The notes under the pieces were generated by a model. That model was not told where the DNA came from, searched no databases, and saw only the letters and a program-made list of their open reading frames with translations. The translations under genes and the position numbers were made by a program. Shown here one piece after another: positions 1 to 12,457 of a stretch of 50,733 nt of DNA (the stretch's first letter is position 1; every line of letters starts with the position of its first letter). This DNA is from Asterionella formosa (Eukaryota), in assembly GCA_002256025.1 (NCBI GenBank), contig NKIB01013826.1, positions 1-50,733 of the forward strand, read 5' to 3'.

Positions 1-15
1 GGTGGTTCAGGTGCT

Positions 16-219
16 TTGGTGAAATGCCTCTATACAAACCATGGAGGAGTTGGCAAATGGTATGGAGGGTGGGAAACAAAGGGTTTTGCAAGGTTCAATA
101 CAATTTACGATCAAGTCGAGCACCTACGTGAGTCTGCAAACAGCATTGCTTTGGAGTCTATGTTCATGAATATGCAAAAGAAGGATACAAATGTGACCAA
201 AATGGGAGGTAAGAAATGA
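16..219 (+). pseudogene. 3' fragment of a probable transposon-associated accessory ORF (open at the window edge)
   Basis: The peptide LYTN..GG..YGGWETKGFARFNTIYDQV..LRES resembles a motif I recall from repeated diatom hypothetical proteins near DNA transposons. AT-rich, TE-rich context. Recognition from memory only. Confidence 0.3.
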
Positions 220-309
220 ATTGTTATTATTAATATTAGTATTATTCTCATTTACTAGCAAACACTAATGTATTCACAATTCTAATGTGGGTAAGTTCTT
301 GCTTATACT

Positions 310-1015
310 ATGCCACCAGTGATTAGGGTACGAAACGACCTGGGGAAGGCAAAAACTCCAAGTACTGCTAGTATCCCTCCCACAGCCTCTTCAATTAGCG
401 ATCCTTCGGGCACTTCACCAGCAACTGAAAGAAACAGCACCAATGGAAGGAAATGTGACGCCATCAGAAAATGAACTTAATGGGATGTCAGGAAGTTCTA
501 TTAAAAGCTTATCGAATCGCTCACAAAGTTCGACTAAAACACCCACTACTTTAAACCAGGTGCAAGTTAACTGGAAATCATCGTTGGACAAGGATTTCAT
601 GAATTGTAAGCGCCAAGGAATGGCTATTCTGGTTATGGAAGCCATGACAAAACGTATGGAACGTCATTACCTGACAATTCCCAAAGAACACCAAGAGATG
701 TTAAAGGCAAACAACAACTATAAAGCATTCTACCAGATGACTACGGAGGATCTCCATGACAGTGACATTCCTGAGTATAGGCGACTTGATAAAAAAAGAT
801 TCAAGAAATATTTCATTGAGGGCTATGCTGAGACATCGGGCAATTTCTCTGCTTTCAATATAAGGGAACGAGCTTGCCATACTGAGGAGCTGATCAGAAG
901 ATATGCTGCTGCAAGAGAAGAAAATGTTCATCTACCTTATGAACATTACCTTACTACGGGTAGTAGTGTTCGGAAAAATATGATGCAGTTTGAAGGAGAA
1001 ATGGAAGACTTCTAA
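310..1015 (+). pseudogene. Hypothetical ORF, apparently frameshifted (probably TE-derived)
   Basis: ATG at 310 opens MPPVIRVRND...RNSTNGRK, which overlaps out of frame with the 190-aa ORF 443..1015. No recognisable domain. Confidence 0.3.
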
Positions 1016-2899
1016 CCGTGACACATAAACCTAGCTGTTAGTAAATGATAACTAATTTCGTATCTATGAAACAATGCATTTGCAGAGGATGTTATTTCTA
1101 TATATCTCCAACGTCTGCGCGTCCTGCCAATATCTACTCATTACCTCAATCGTTTCGACTGGTGGCATCGAGTAAAACATTTGCGAGAATGAATGGATCG
1201 ATGGGATATTGATCACAAACAGGAATAAACATAATTTTTCGTGAGCGGTACTAGCTAGTACTATACTAGTACATCTAGTAGTTGCTCGTTGGCTGTATTA
1301 TTCTAGGCAAAAACTGATGAGCTTTCACCTATTATCACTTAATTGCATCATTGAATGAAAATCAAGGAGTGTCTACTACTGTACTGATGTGGTACATATA
1401 TATAAAATACCTATCATAAAAAGGCACAATGGCTGATAGTCAGCTAGTAGTAGGAGTAACAATATGCTATTCTAACAATTCACGCTTGTAGATACAGAAT
1501 TTGGACCGGACGAAACAATTAGCAAGACCGCGCCGGTGTTTTTCTGGTAGAAAGTACGTTGTTGTGGTACAAGGAAAGAATCCAGGCCGCGCCAGGAGTT
1601 TTGCCACACAGCAGGAGGGTCCACAAACACAAAAATTAGCATGGTGAAAAAGTAAGCAATCAATGCAGCCAACAGCCAATCACGCCCTACTGGCTCTTCA
1701 GCAGCTAGATTAACATGTTTTTATTGTGTATCTAAATGCTAGTATGGCTTGTCAGCTCACGCATTGTTGTTGATAACCGGCAGGGACAATGAGGTCCGGA
1801 ATGAAAGTTGTTCTGGTAAGATTACTGCGCTATTTTGACGGCTATATGAGCAACGCTACTGATAACTCACAATGATCTTCCTCTACATGCAATTGACATT
1901 GCAGCAAACCCTTTCAATTCAGGAGCATTTGGATGAAATCCAGGATTGAGTATTGTTGCTTTCTGATTCTGTGTTCTTAATGTCATATGATAACAAGGCT
2001 CCGTAAATCATGAGTTGTTATTGTGCCTTGGCGTGCTGTTTGAATGTAACCTGTTGCAAGTAAAATTTTTTCAGAAAAAGTGACATGAATTATTTTGACC
2101 ACTGCAATATGAAATTTCAAAAAATAGCATAGTAGGGGATGAGATGTCAGTCAAAGCAGCAAGCAGGGAGCGCCAAGTGACCTGTAATGTGTACATAATT
2201 TTACCTTGAAGGTGCAATACCGGGTATTTGAATCATCATTAAACAGATTATCATTTTATAACATAAATTGTTGTACTCATATCCCCAAAATTCGTGTTTG
2301 TGTTGACCAAATTTGGTAACTCTGCCTGGTTCGCACATCGAACACAAATTTTTACAGATATATATATAACAGTGTAAAATATAAAAATGTTTCTATTAAT
2401 GTATGACTACATATAATTTCCCGGAATATTTCAACACTTCCTTGCTCATGCCCGAAATGGCTTGTTACTCTTGATCCAAAATAGGTATGCATATACATAT
2501 TCACATCAATCAGCTTTATGTACTACATCGATTGTCATCTGTTTTAGATTGTTGCAAGGATGTCATCGTCATCTTCTGGGCAAAGGAGCAGACCAGCCAG
2601 ATAGGGTGTCTCTTCCTCCCCAAGGCTGCTAGAACGTCGTCGTCTCCAGCAGGAACAACAGTTATAATACCAAGACGAGTAATATGAGGAGGAGGAGACA
2701 GAGACAGAAGATGACGCCAACGAAGATACCAGTAATGATGACAGCAGCAGTGCTGGTGCCTCTGCTAGCTAGCTAGCTCTCTGATTGGTGTCTCTCAGTC
2801 TTCATCAAGGAACAATGAATATAAATTGTCGTATCACATTGCAAGTGCAACCGTAGAAACAGTTGCAAAAAGGACAACTGTGCTGGGTATTAATAACAG

Positions 2900-3842
2900 A
2901 CGAGATCAACCACCGACATTTCCAAGGGCCCACCGCAACCTGCAGAGTTGGGGCAGCAGTTTAGGTTCAACCATGTCATTTTTGGACAACGTTCTGACCC
3001 ATCTACCAATTGGATCACATGAGTGGTAATATGTAGAATTCGAACACAATGAAAATTTTCGAGACAAGGAACAAACTGGAACTTCAAATCTGCGAAAGTT
3101 TGCACAACTACATAAAGTAAAAAACCATCTGGCGATCCAACATTTCCTGCTACTAAAGTCCGATATGCTAAGCAAGAAGTATTCCGAAAAATAGAGGAAA
3201 GAGCAGATGCTAGTTGTGAAGTTGATTCTACAGACCTTGGGATAGAAGATGATAACAATGTCAATGATGAATTCATGGTACTTGAAAACACAGTCAAGAC
3301 AATGCTGAAGCGGTTCAAACATCAGAAACTTATGCTGCAAATTCTTCTGATTCCATGTGAGCAACTCTTGCTGTTTCCGCTGGAGCAACTGTTGCAAGAT
3401 CTGCTAGTACAACATTTCCTCGCCCTATCATGGTATCCCCTTGGCTCAGGGATAAACTGACTCGAACAATCTCGACAAAATATTGGCTCTAGTTTCAACA
3501 CAATTGCTTCAAAAAGTGAACAAGAATGATGATAAAAATCAGATGCAGAGGATGCAAATGCAGCAACAGCAACAGAACATGATGATGATGTCAATCATGT
3601 CATCCATATTGAACCATGGGGCATCCCAAACAACCACCTCAACTGTCAGTGTCGAAATCATTCAGGCAATGATGAATTCAATGATAGCTTCGAATATGCT
3701 ATCAGTGCAGCAATCGTTGCAATCTCCAACCACAACAACAACGACAAGTACAAAGGCACAACAATCTTCATCTGCATCCATAGAATTTCAAACCCGAAAT
3801 GATAATGATGGTGACAATGAAATCAGTAGTGATGATAAATAA
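2900..3842 (+). pseudogene. Decayed Myb/SANT-like (DUF6818-like) ORF, the DNA-binding partner gene of a PIF/Harbinger element
   Basis: Reading across a stop and a frameshift gives FLDNVLTHLPIGSHEW*YVEFEHNE...LRKFAQLHKVKKPSGDPTFP..VRYAKQ..RKIEERAD, followed by a Gln/Met/Thr low-complexity tail. Convergent with the transposase relic. Confidence 0.6.
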
Positions 3843-3899
3843 GTTGAATGAATAAAGTTAATCTAAGACTTTGAAATATTAGTATTCTGTGCCTTAAAA

Positions 3900-5036
3900 T
3901 GCATACCTGTTAGCACTTCTATGCAAATAGGGCATGTAAAACGAAACAATTTGATTGTGACCGACTTAACTGGCACGAAAATTGTATAGTAAAACAATCA
4001 TTTGGAGTATTAGTTTCCTTCCACTATTTGTCTCTTCATAACGAAATTTATCTTTTGTCCTGGGAAACAACCCCTGAAGACACTTAATCCCCCATTCAGA
4101 CAACTGCCTGACTGAAGTTGCTTGACGATTTAAGCCAAATTTTTGATGAGGGTTACCATTCATGTCAACATTGTTTTGGTGTGATTTGATCATTGCATTA
4201 GACTTCTTTGATGCAAATGCAGAGGCTACATCAACTTTTTTACCCGTTGCACTGTAAACAGTTTCAATTGAGTCATATAAAGAGGTCCAAATGGCCATTA
4301 TTGCTTGAGTCATGGAGAACACCAGGCGCATAATCAGGAGAAAAAAAAAGTTTGTCACTTAGTGGTCATGAGTCCTCCCATTGTAGAAATCGCTCTGCTG
4401 TGTTTCATTTCCAGCTCATTGCAAAGTGAGTTTCAGATCATCCATTCAAAGGGTACTTCTGATGAATCATGGATGCAAATAAAGTGCTTTCGGTTGCAGT
4501 AGGAGGTAGATCATGAGCAATGATGGCATCTTCATAAGTCAGAAGCACTTTGACAATCATCTTCTGCCTTGACAACCAAATGCTCAAGGAACCGCGAGTT
4601 AAGCCGAAAATAATTTGAAGAATCATATAGGATCCACGAGTTCTATTCCATGCCAGCCCAAGCAAGTTCCAGACAACTGATGGAACACAAGAGCCTGAGT
4701 CGACCGGATTTTTCTGCTGAATTCCTGACAATGAATTCCTTTTTTTCGTACAAGGAGTAAAGGAATCAAAACAAGGCTTGAATAGCTGGTGTAGGAGCTC
4801 GAAGGAAGCATGATCATGGTGCTTGATATTGAACAAAGCCGAGAATGGACTTGAAAATTGATGCTGAAGTACACGGCACCGGATTTTGCCACTTCTTCTT
4901 CTTTGACCTCATCAACAGTCAAACTTAATGAAATGATGGCGTCTTGTTTGTTTATTGCTAGATCACATGCTGCTGGCAGAAGCAATATGATGATCATTTC
5001 ATCATCATGAGATGAGAGGAAAGCCAACATGGTCAA
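3900..5036 (-). mobile_element. Decayed PIF/Harbinger (DDE_Tnp_4) transposase
   Basis: Fragments NGRTHDH*VTN, APGVLHDS and VDVASAF (degenerate VVDSAF), plus the C-terminal NRQATSVRQLSEWGIKCLQGLFPRTKDKFRYEE...LLYNFRAS*VGHNQI typical of stramenopile Harbinger transposases. Multiple stops and frameshifts. Confidence 0.75.
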
Positions 5037-5908
5037 TGGCCAACAAAATTATTATGAAACTCATATATAATGAACAAGAGGAGGCATAACACACAAAAGG
5101 ATGCATCACTGTGAAAACTTAACTGTTATAAATTATAGTTAAATATATATTGAAGCAATGTCAGATAAGTAATCTAAAATAATTCGAATATCAGGTTGCA
5201 ACAACAGTATTAATTATCAAATAACGAAAGAATATTTGTGATAGAATAATTTTGGCACAAATTAATTTGGTATTTTGAAGCGCGCTCATTGAGGGACCGG
5301 ACCTCCTTCCATTTTTTTCACAAATTTGTCATGACCATATGTTACCACATACTGGTACAGCACCACCAGTTTATTTTTGTATGCATGTCTCATACCGGTA
5401 CACATATGTAGACTAGTGTACAGGTACTGTAGGTACGGTGTGCCACCCTTTCTCACTCTCTTCATAACAGACTACGGTACTGGAATATCATCAATCCCCG
5501 CCTTTTTGAATTTATGCAAGATCTTCCGCGCGGTATAAATTATATCTTCAGATACCGGTAGAATAAAGAACGAAGACAAGTGTCTGTCATATTTATAAAC
5601 ATTTCTGATTATGTATACCTGTATATAGTCTTGAATCTCGTTTATCGGTTATGTAATCATACCAGGTGCTGGTAGACTCCCAACATCTTTTCTACCGGTA
5701 TTCGATATGAGATAGCTGATGGTGCAAACTGTAAACATACCAGTACATACCAACACATTGCCATTATATACCAGATACCCCTAAATGTATTATGACGACA
5801 TAAAAAGGACAGACCATCATTTTTGTTGTAGCCTAGTTTTTCAAAAATCCCTTGGCCAATCCTCACTGTGGTGTTGTCGAAGCGAACCTTCCGTGACAAC
5901 GAATCGCC

Positions 5909-8900
5909 ATGTCAACTCCTTTCCGCACACCTCGGCGAGGAGATAACATAAAAACTGTAGCTGCCTCCACTGGCAAAGTCAAAGCAGTCGATTTGGTACG
6001 TCCCCCATGTAGAAGCCCTTCGCTTTATCAAACTCAGGTTCAGACACTCTTTGTACTTCTCGTCCCATTTGACTAGTCTGCTACATAATGAAGATTCCAA
6101 TGAATTCTACTCACAATTATCCCCTTACTATTGTATCCATCAGGTGACAGGAAAAGCAAAAATTGAGTATTTTTTCGATCCATCTCTCCTCATCAGCAAC
6201 AGAGAGGAAGCTACACCCGAAACACCCTTCACGAAAGGTAAAGATACGAATGCGACTACCGGTACTCAGTCTACACCCTTTCGGCAGAATGCATCGACAC
6301 CCTACCGTAAGGACCTTTCAAGCGCAATGAACGACGAAGCATACATCGACCCCCTGCTAAGTGCGTCCAAGCACTTATTCTTGCCTTGTACAATCGTCAA
6401 GGCACTTGACGAGAACTCAGAGGCCAAAGGAAACGGAGAACCAGTTGCTGGTCCCACCCTGGTAAAAACATCGGACGGAACGCTGCACAAGATTTCAGAT
6501 AGTACAAAACTTGTGCCTCTAACCTCTCCTCACGATTATGTGGGCATTGATGATGTGTTGCATTTACCGAATGTAAACGAAGCTAGCTTACTTCACACCC
6601 TTCGTATCCGTTACAAACGAGACGATATTTACACCAATGCTGGGCCCATTTTGATATCGGTCAATCCCTACAAGACAATGTTTTTTGGAAACGGCGAGTC
6701 GCTCTACTCTGACAACAGAATGATGCTTTACCGCAAGAGAACTGAATTCATGGAAGCGCTTCCTCCACATTTATTCCAAGTTGCCGATCGCGCATACTCT
6801 GCTCTGTTGGCTTCTGTCGATTCCGTTCCTCATTTAGAGGAGGAAGATGCGGCCCTTGTCTCTGAAAATCACTTTGCCATTGGAGCAGTCAGGAACCAGA
6901 GCATTGTCATTAGTGGAGAAAGTGGTGCGGGCAAAACCGAAGCAACCAAAAGTATCATGCAGTACTTAGCCCGCATTACCAAACGACCGAACGCATCCAG
7001 TGAAATTAGAAGCCCTGACGGAAAACTTGTCGCTGCCTTAGAGGACAGGGTGCTTTCGTCAAATCCCCTTTTGGAAACTTTTGGCAATGCCAGAACTCTG
7101 AAGAACGACAACTCGTCAAGATTTGGAAAGTTCATTCATATCTTTTTCAACATTGACCGTGGATCAATTACTGGCGCATCGATATCGAACTATCTACTTG
7201 AGAAGACTCGTATCACACATCAAATTGACGGCGAAAGGAATTACCATATTTTCTATCAGCTCCTGGCTGGTGCCAACGATCATATTTTGGCAGAGTTGGG
7301 TCTTTCAGAAGGAATAAGCTCTTTTCAATACCTAGGCAAACGGGAGGGAACCACCAAGTATAAGAAGGACGCAATTGGATTTTCAGAAACTAAAGAATGT
7401 CTTGCACGCGTCGGACTTGGAACAGAGGAACAGAATGTCGTTTTTGGAATCGTTGCCGCTGTGCTGCATATTGGCAACATTGAATTCGACGAAAAGGGTT
7501 CTACAGGTGATGAACACGATGGACAAAGTGATAACGCCACTATAACAAGTGGAAGCAGGCCCAGCCTCAAGAAGGCATGTGAGCTCCTCGGTCTGACTGA
7601 AAGTAAAGTTGAAGAGGCTATGTTGACCAAAATGCTGTCCGTTGGCGGAAAGACTATAAAGAAACCCCAAAATGTTACACAAGCCATCGATAAACGCGAC
7701 GCTTTTGCGAAATTGACTTATTCTTGTCTTTTCCTCTGGTTGGTTGAAAGGGTAAACGAAACTTTGGAGCATACTTCTCCGAATATACAGAAGGATACCG
7801 CACTAGACAGGGACGGTGACGAATTAACACCTCGAAAACGACGATTTTTGAGTAATAGCAGTGGCTTTATTGGAGTACTTGATATATATGGATTTGAGGT
7901 TTTTGACATTAATGGATTCGAGCAGTTCCTTATTAACTACTGCAACGAAAAGCTCCAACGTCACTTCAATCGGCACTTGTTCGAAGTTGAACAGCAGCTG
8001 TACGCTGCCGAAGGTGTTGATTGGACCTACATCACTTTCAATGACAACAAGCCGTGTTTAGAGCTAATCGAAGGAGGGGGAGGCACAGTTGGCATCTTGA
8101 ACACGCTTGATGACTCTTGGGGTGGAATGGGAAGTGCTACTGAAAATGAGGTCAAATTCGTTGCACAGCTTCATAAACAGTTTGGGGGCGCTGCTGGAGC
8201 CTCGCTTAAGTCAAAAGAGAATACCGGTCACGACTACTTTGTTACACCCAAGTTTGGTAATGACCGTCAATTCATTATTGTCCACTACGCTGGAGAGGTA
8301 TGTACAGTGATGTTTCCAGCGTCGCAACATAAACCACACGTATCTGTACTCACTTTAGCACCACCGTTTCAACTATACAGGTTCGATACACTGCAACTGG
8401 ATTCGTCGAGAAGAATATGGAAACAATAAGCAACGAGTTGAGGGACCTCGGAATAGACTCTAATATTGAGATCTCTAAGATGTGTTATTCCGGTGTTTTA
8501 TCAGACCAAGATCCAATATCCTCGAATTCGGGGCGTCGTTCAGCAATTCGGGGCATAAGTGTCGGGTCTCAATTTCGTTCGTCGTTGCAGTCACTCGTTG
8601 CTGACTTGGAACGTACACAGCCACACTACATCAGATGCATCAAGCCAAACCTCAACAAATCTCCCAACACACTCGATGCTGCGGAGGTTGTTCGCCAGCT
8701 CCGATATTCAGGCATGATGGAAGCAATACGAATCCGCAGGGAAGGCTATGCGCTACGTGAAGACCATCAAAGCTTTTACAATCGCTTTAGCATACTTGTG
8801 GGCTTTGGCGAATTCGAAGGTGAAGCAGGCATTGAACAACTTGTAAAGGTCCTATCTCGCCGTCTGAATATTACAGGCATCGACTGGCAGATTGGTCATT

Positions 8901-11900
8901 CCAAGATTTTCCTTCGGAAAGAGCTCGCCGACAAGCTAGAACGATTGTCAAAGCTTCGAGTACAAGCTGCTGCACGCACAGTTGGGAAATTCGGCAGATT
9001 TGTGGCTATAGGGCGAGTGGCGAATTTATTAACAACATGGATTAGGTTCCGTTTGCACATGCTGAACAAGTATAGACGAAACCGAGCAACAAACAAAATC
9101 ACAGCCACGTACCGATGCTTTAAACAATACAATGCTTTCATTTCGATGAAAAGAGCTGTGACGAAATTGCAAGCGCTTCAGAGGAGGAGGCTAGCTGTGG
9201 AATTGACTCGGAGAATGCGTGACCCCTACGGAGACTTTTCCTTCATGGATTTACAGAAACTTGTAAAATCTGAAAAGTCACGTCTCGAGCAGGCAGTAGA
9301 ATCGCAAAATTTCAAAGAAGCTGCAGAGATTGAATCGAAAATGTGAGTCGATTACATCCATATGTGGCCTAAACAACTTTGGAACTCAGAGCGCACTAAC
9401 AGTTCCCCCTGCTTCTTTCCTCTTTGTTAATGCTGCGTTCCCCCTCAGTGCACAGCTTAAAGAAGTCGCTGAAATGAAACGCCCCTTGACACGTGCTCTC
9501 CTTGAAGAGAAAATTACGAGAGCGCAGCTATCGTTAGACTCAGCACTCGAAAGAAAGGCATATGCAGAATGTGGCCCGTTACAAGCTGAAATCGAATGTT
9601 TAAAAGGGAAACGGTCGCAACTCCCAACCATTGACGAGCTAAGACAAGTTCTTTCAAACATAGAGACCGAAATCGCTGTTTTTATTGAATCCCGAAATTT
9701 TGTCGCGGCAGCAGAAGGTCAAACTAGAATTGACGAAGCAAAGAGAAAGCTGGAGGATGCCATTGTGGCTGAGAAAATAGAACCAGAAATTGGAGACGAT
9801 GACGCAAACTATAGACAAGTGAATTTGTTCAATTCAAGAACTGAGTTAGAGATGGAGTTATCTGACTTGAGCATGAAAATCAAGTCAGCGATTGATTCGA
9901 AAGATTTTAAACTCGCATCGGAGCTACAAGTATCGTTTGAGCAAACAGAGGTGTTAAGGAAAGAGTACCCTACCCTTACAGAACTCCAATCTAAACTTCT
10001 TGAGGCTAGGACGAATCTCCAGACAGCTGTCTTAGAAAAGAATTTCGTACTCGCGGATGGTTTAAGCGAGGAAATTATGATATTGGAAGCAAAAGTATCA
10101 AATGAGGAAGCCTGTGCATCGACAAGAACCGATCTTGCAATCGAATCTACAGCTGTTGCGTTGGCGGATGGCTCCGAAAAGGTATTTGAGTCGCGTGTCG
10201 ACCTTGAACGAGAAATCCATGAAGCCGTCATCGAGGTTGCAAACGCTGTTTCAGCAAAATCGTTCAAAATAGCACAATCTCTTCAATTGTATGTTGACTC
10301 CCTAGAAGCACTCAGACACAAACTTCCGTCAATCGAAGATATTCAGGGTTCTTTACGAGAAAAGCGGAAATTACTAGACAGTAAGATAGCGCAAAAGGAC
10401 TTCGTGGGTGCTGAGCTGCTCAATGATGATATCACGATCTTGGAGTGTAAGCTTGCCGGGGAAGTGGCCAAGCGAGCACAAAGCGCCCCTAAACCGATTG
10501 AAGGACACGCTCCCAGTATCCATTCTGAACCTCTCGTTGGGTATGGACGGCAAGGACCAGTTATACCGCAGAATACCGTAAGCGAAGGGATCCTACCTCG
10601 ACGTGTTGGTGCGATCCCGCCTACTCTTGTAAAAGCAAGAGGAGGATATCGTCAAGTCTCAAAGCTGCGTCCGTTAAAGCCTGTGCTTGTTCAGAGTGAC
10701 AGTACCATTGTTGATGTTTGCAAGCTCCTTTCGAGCAAACGAGCCCGTGCAGCAATTCTTACCGGAAAATCTAGTGGAGTAGCTGGGATCATTACTGACA
10801 GCGACATTACCAGGCGAGTTGTTGCCAAGAACCTTGATCCTGCTTCGACCGCTGTGACTACAGTTATGACTCCCAATCCAGTCTGTGTCTCCATGGCAGA
10901 CTCGGCTATCGATGCTCTAGCTATGATGATTGAAAACCGGTACAGGCACCTTCCAGTGGTGGACAAGAATAACCAAGTTTGTGGTCTTCTTGACATCGGA
11001 AAGTGCCTTAATGATGCAATCAGCAAGCTGGAGCATGCCGAGAGTAAGAGCGGGAACGCAGCTCAAGATGCACTTAACCAGGTTGTGCGCCTTCAAGGAG
11101 GTAATGGGGCAAACGCAGCTATATTGCAGGCGCTTTTGGGGCCTTTGATGGCTCAAGCCCTAGGTGATAAGTCATCGCCATCACTTCGAAGTGTTTTGGC
11201 GGGTAAGCCATCAACGGTTGTCAGACCCAGTTGCACCGTTTTAGAAGCTGCCGAAAGAATGGCCGAAAACAGGAAAGCAGCACTGATCGTGGAGGGTGGG
11301 AAACTCGTGGGCATCTTGTCGTTCAAGGATGTGATGAGTCGGGTTATAGCCAAGGAGCTATCACTAAGCGAAACGCCAGTGTCCGACGTCATGACGCCAA
11401 ATCCCGAATCTATGTTGCCTGACGCGACAGTACTGGAAGCATTGCAAGTGATGCACGACAATGACTTCTTGACGCTACCAGTGTGTGAAAGTGATGGCCG
11501 TGTGGTAGGCTTGGTTGACGTGATGGATGTCATTTACGGTTGCGGAGGTGCCGAAGGGTGGCGATCAATCTTCAACAGCGCAGTTGAAATTGATGATGCT
11601 GGTTCTGCTGCATCAGAGGAGCATGACTTGCCATCGGATTTAAGGGGGGCTTCCCTTGCTGCTTTCGCCAGAAATTCTCCAGTGAAGACGGCCCAAGAAC
11701 CAATCTTTGCCTCGGTTCTTGGAAGTATCCCAAGAACAGTGGAGATAGATGTAACTGAAAATTCGTTTGACTTCTCAGAACGGGCGTCGGTGTTCAAAGT
11801 GCTCGACCAGAATGGTAACAATCACCGTATTCGAGCTGATGTGAAACTTGACTCCATTTTTGATTCCTTGCTGCCAAAACTAGGCAAAGGTATTGGACCT

Positions 11901-12146
11901 GACGATGTCACAATTCACTTTTTAGATAATGAAGGTGATGCAGTTTTGATCACCACCGACGACGACCTTGCGGAAGCTGCCAACATTGCAAGGGGGTCTG
12001 GCAATCAAGTTGTAAAGCTGACAGTTTGTTTAAAAAAAAGAGGAACCAATCTGGCTGAAATCCCTGTTGCTCTAGCTGCAGTTGGTGCAGTTATGTTTGG
12101 ACTGATTGCTGCCATTACTGTGATTGCTATGAGGCCAAGGAAGTAG
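5909..12146 (+). CDS. MYO29: Class-29-type myosin: motor domain, IQ-like region, about 7 UVR-like helical repeats, 4 CBS domains, PB1 domain, C-terminal transmembrane helix (about 1966 aa)
   Basis: Exons 5909-5995, 6144-8297, 8381-9342 and 9449-12146 join in frame through GT..AG introns. Motor motifs: P-loop GESGAGKT, switch I NDNSSRFGK, switch II LDIYGFE, PHYIRCIKPN. CBS motifs: GIITDSDITRRVVA, VMTPNP, HLPVVD, LPVCE..GLVDVMD. PB1 motif: FLDNEGDAVLITTDDDL. Hydrophobic tail ending RPRK. Confidence 0.92.
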
Positions 12147-12457
12147 TAACTTTCTGTATTGTTTTTCATTTCAAAATCAGAATGTCTGTAGGTAAGGGAT
12201 GCGTTGTAGGAGTTTGACAATCGAATATACAGGAATGCAAGAGGTCATCATATCTGAGTAATATCATAAGTCTACATGTCTACACTATTATGTCAGATTG
12301 CAGCGGTTGCGTTAGATTATTTCTGAACGTACTTGATCTCGTAGATTTCGAAAAGCAGTACTGACCAATGCATCAATTAGTCAAAGTCTGCATTGAGGGA
12401 GCTGAAATGCTTCATAATAAACCAACATAGTGTCAGCGCTTCTTGTTAGACGTCCTT

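Noticed and set aside
1791..5305. GAGGTCCGG (1791) and CCGGACCTC (5297-5305) as Harbinger TIRs
   Set aside because: Only 9 bp, and the flanks (AAT, CTT) do not form the expected TWA duplication. Could be chance.
6051..6143. ORF-track start of the myosin at TTG 6051
   Set aside because: It lies in the predicted intron 5996-6143. The ATG at 5909 splices in frame.
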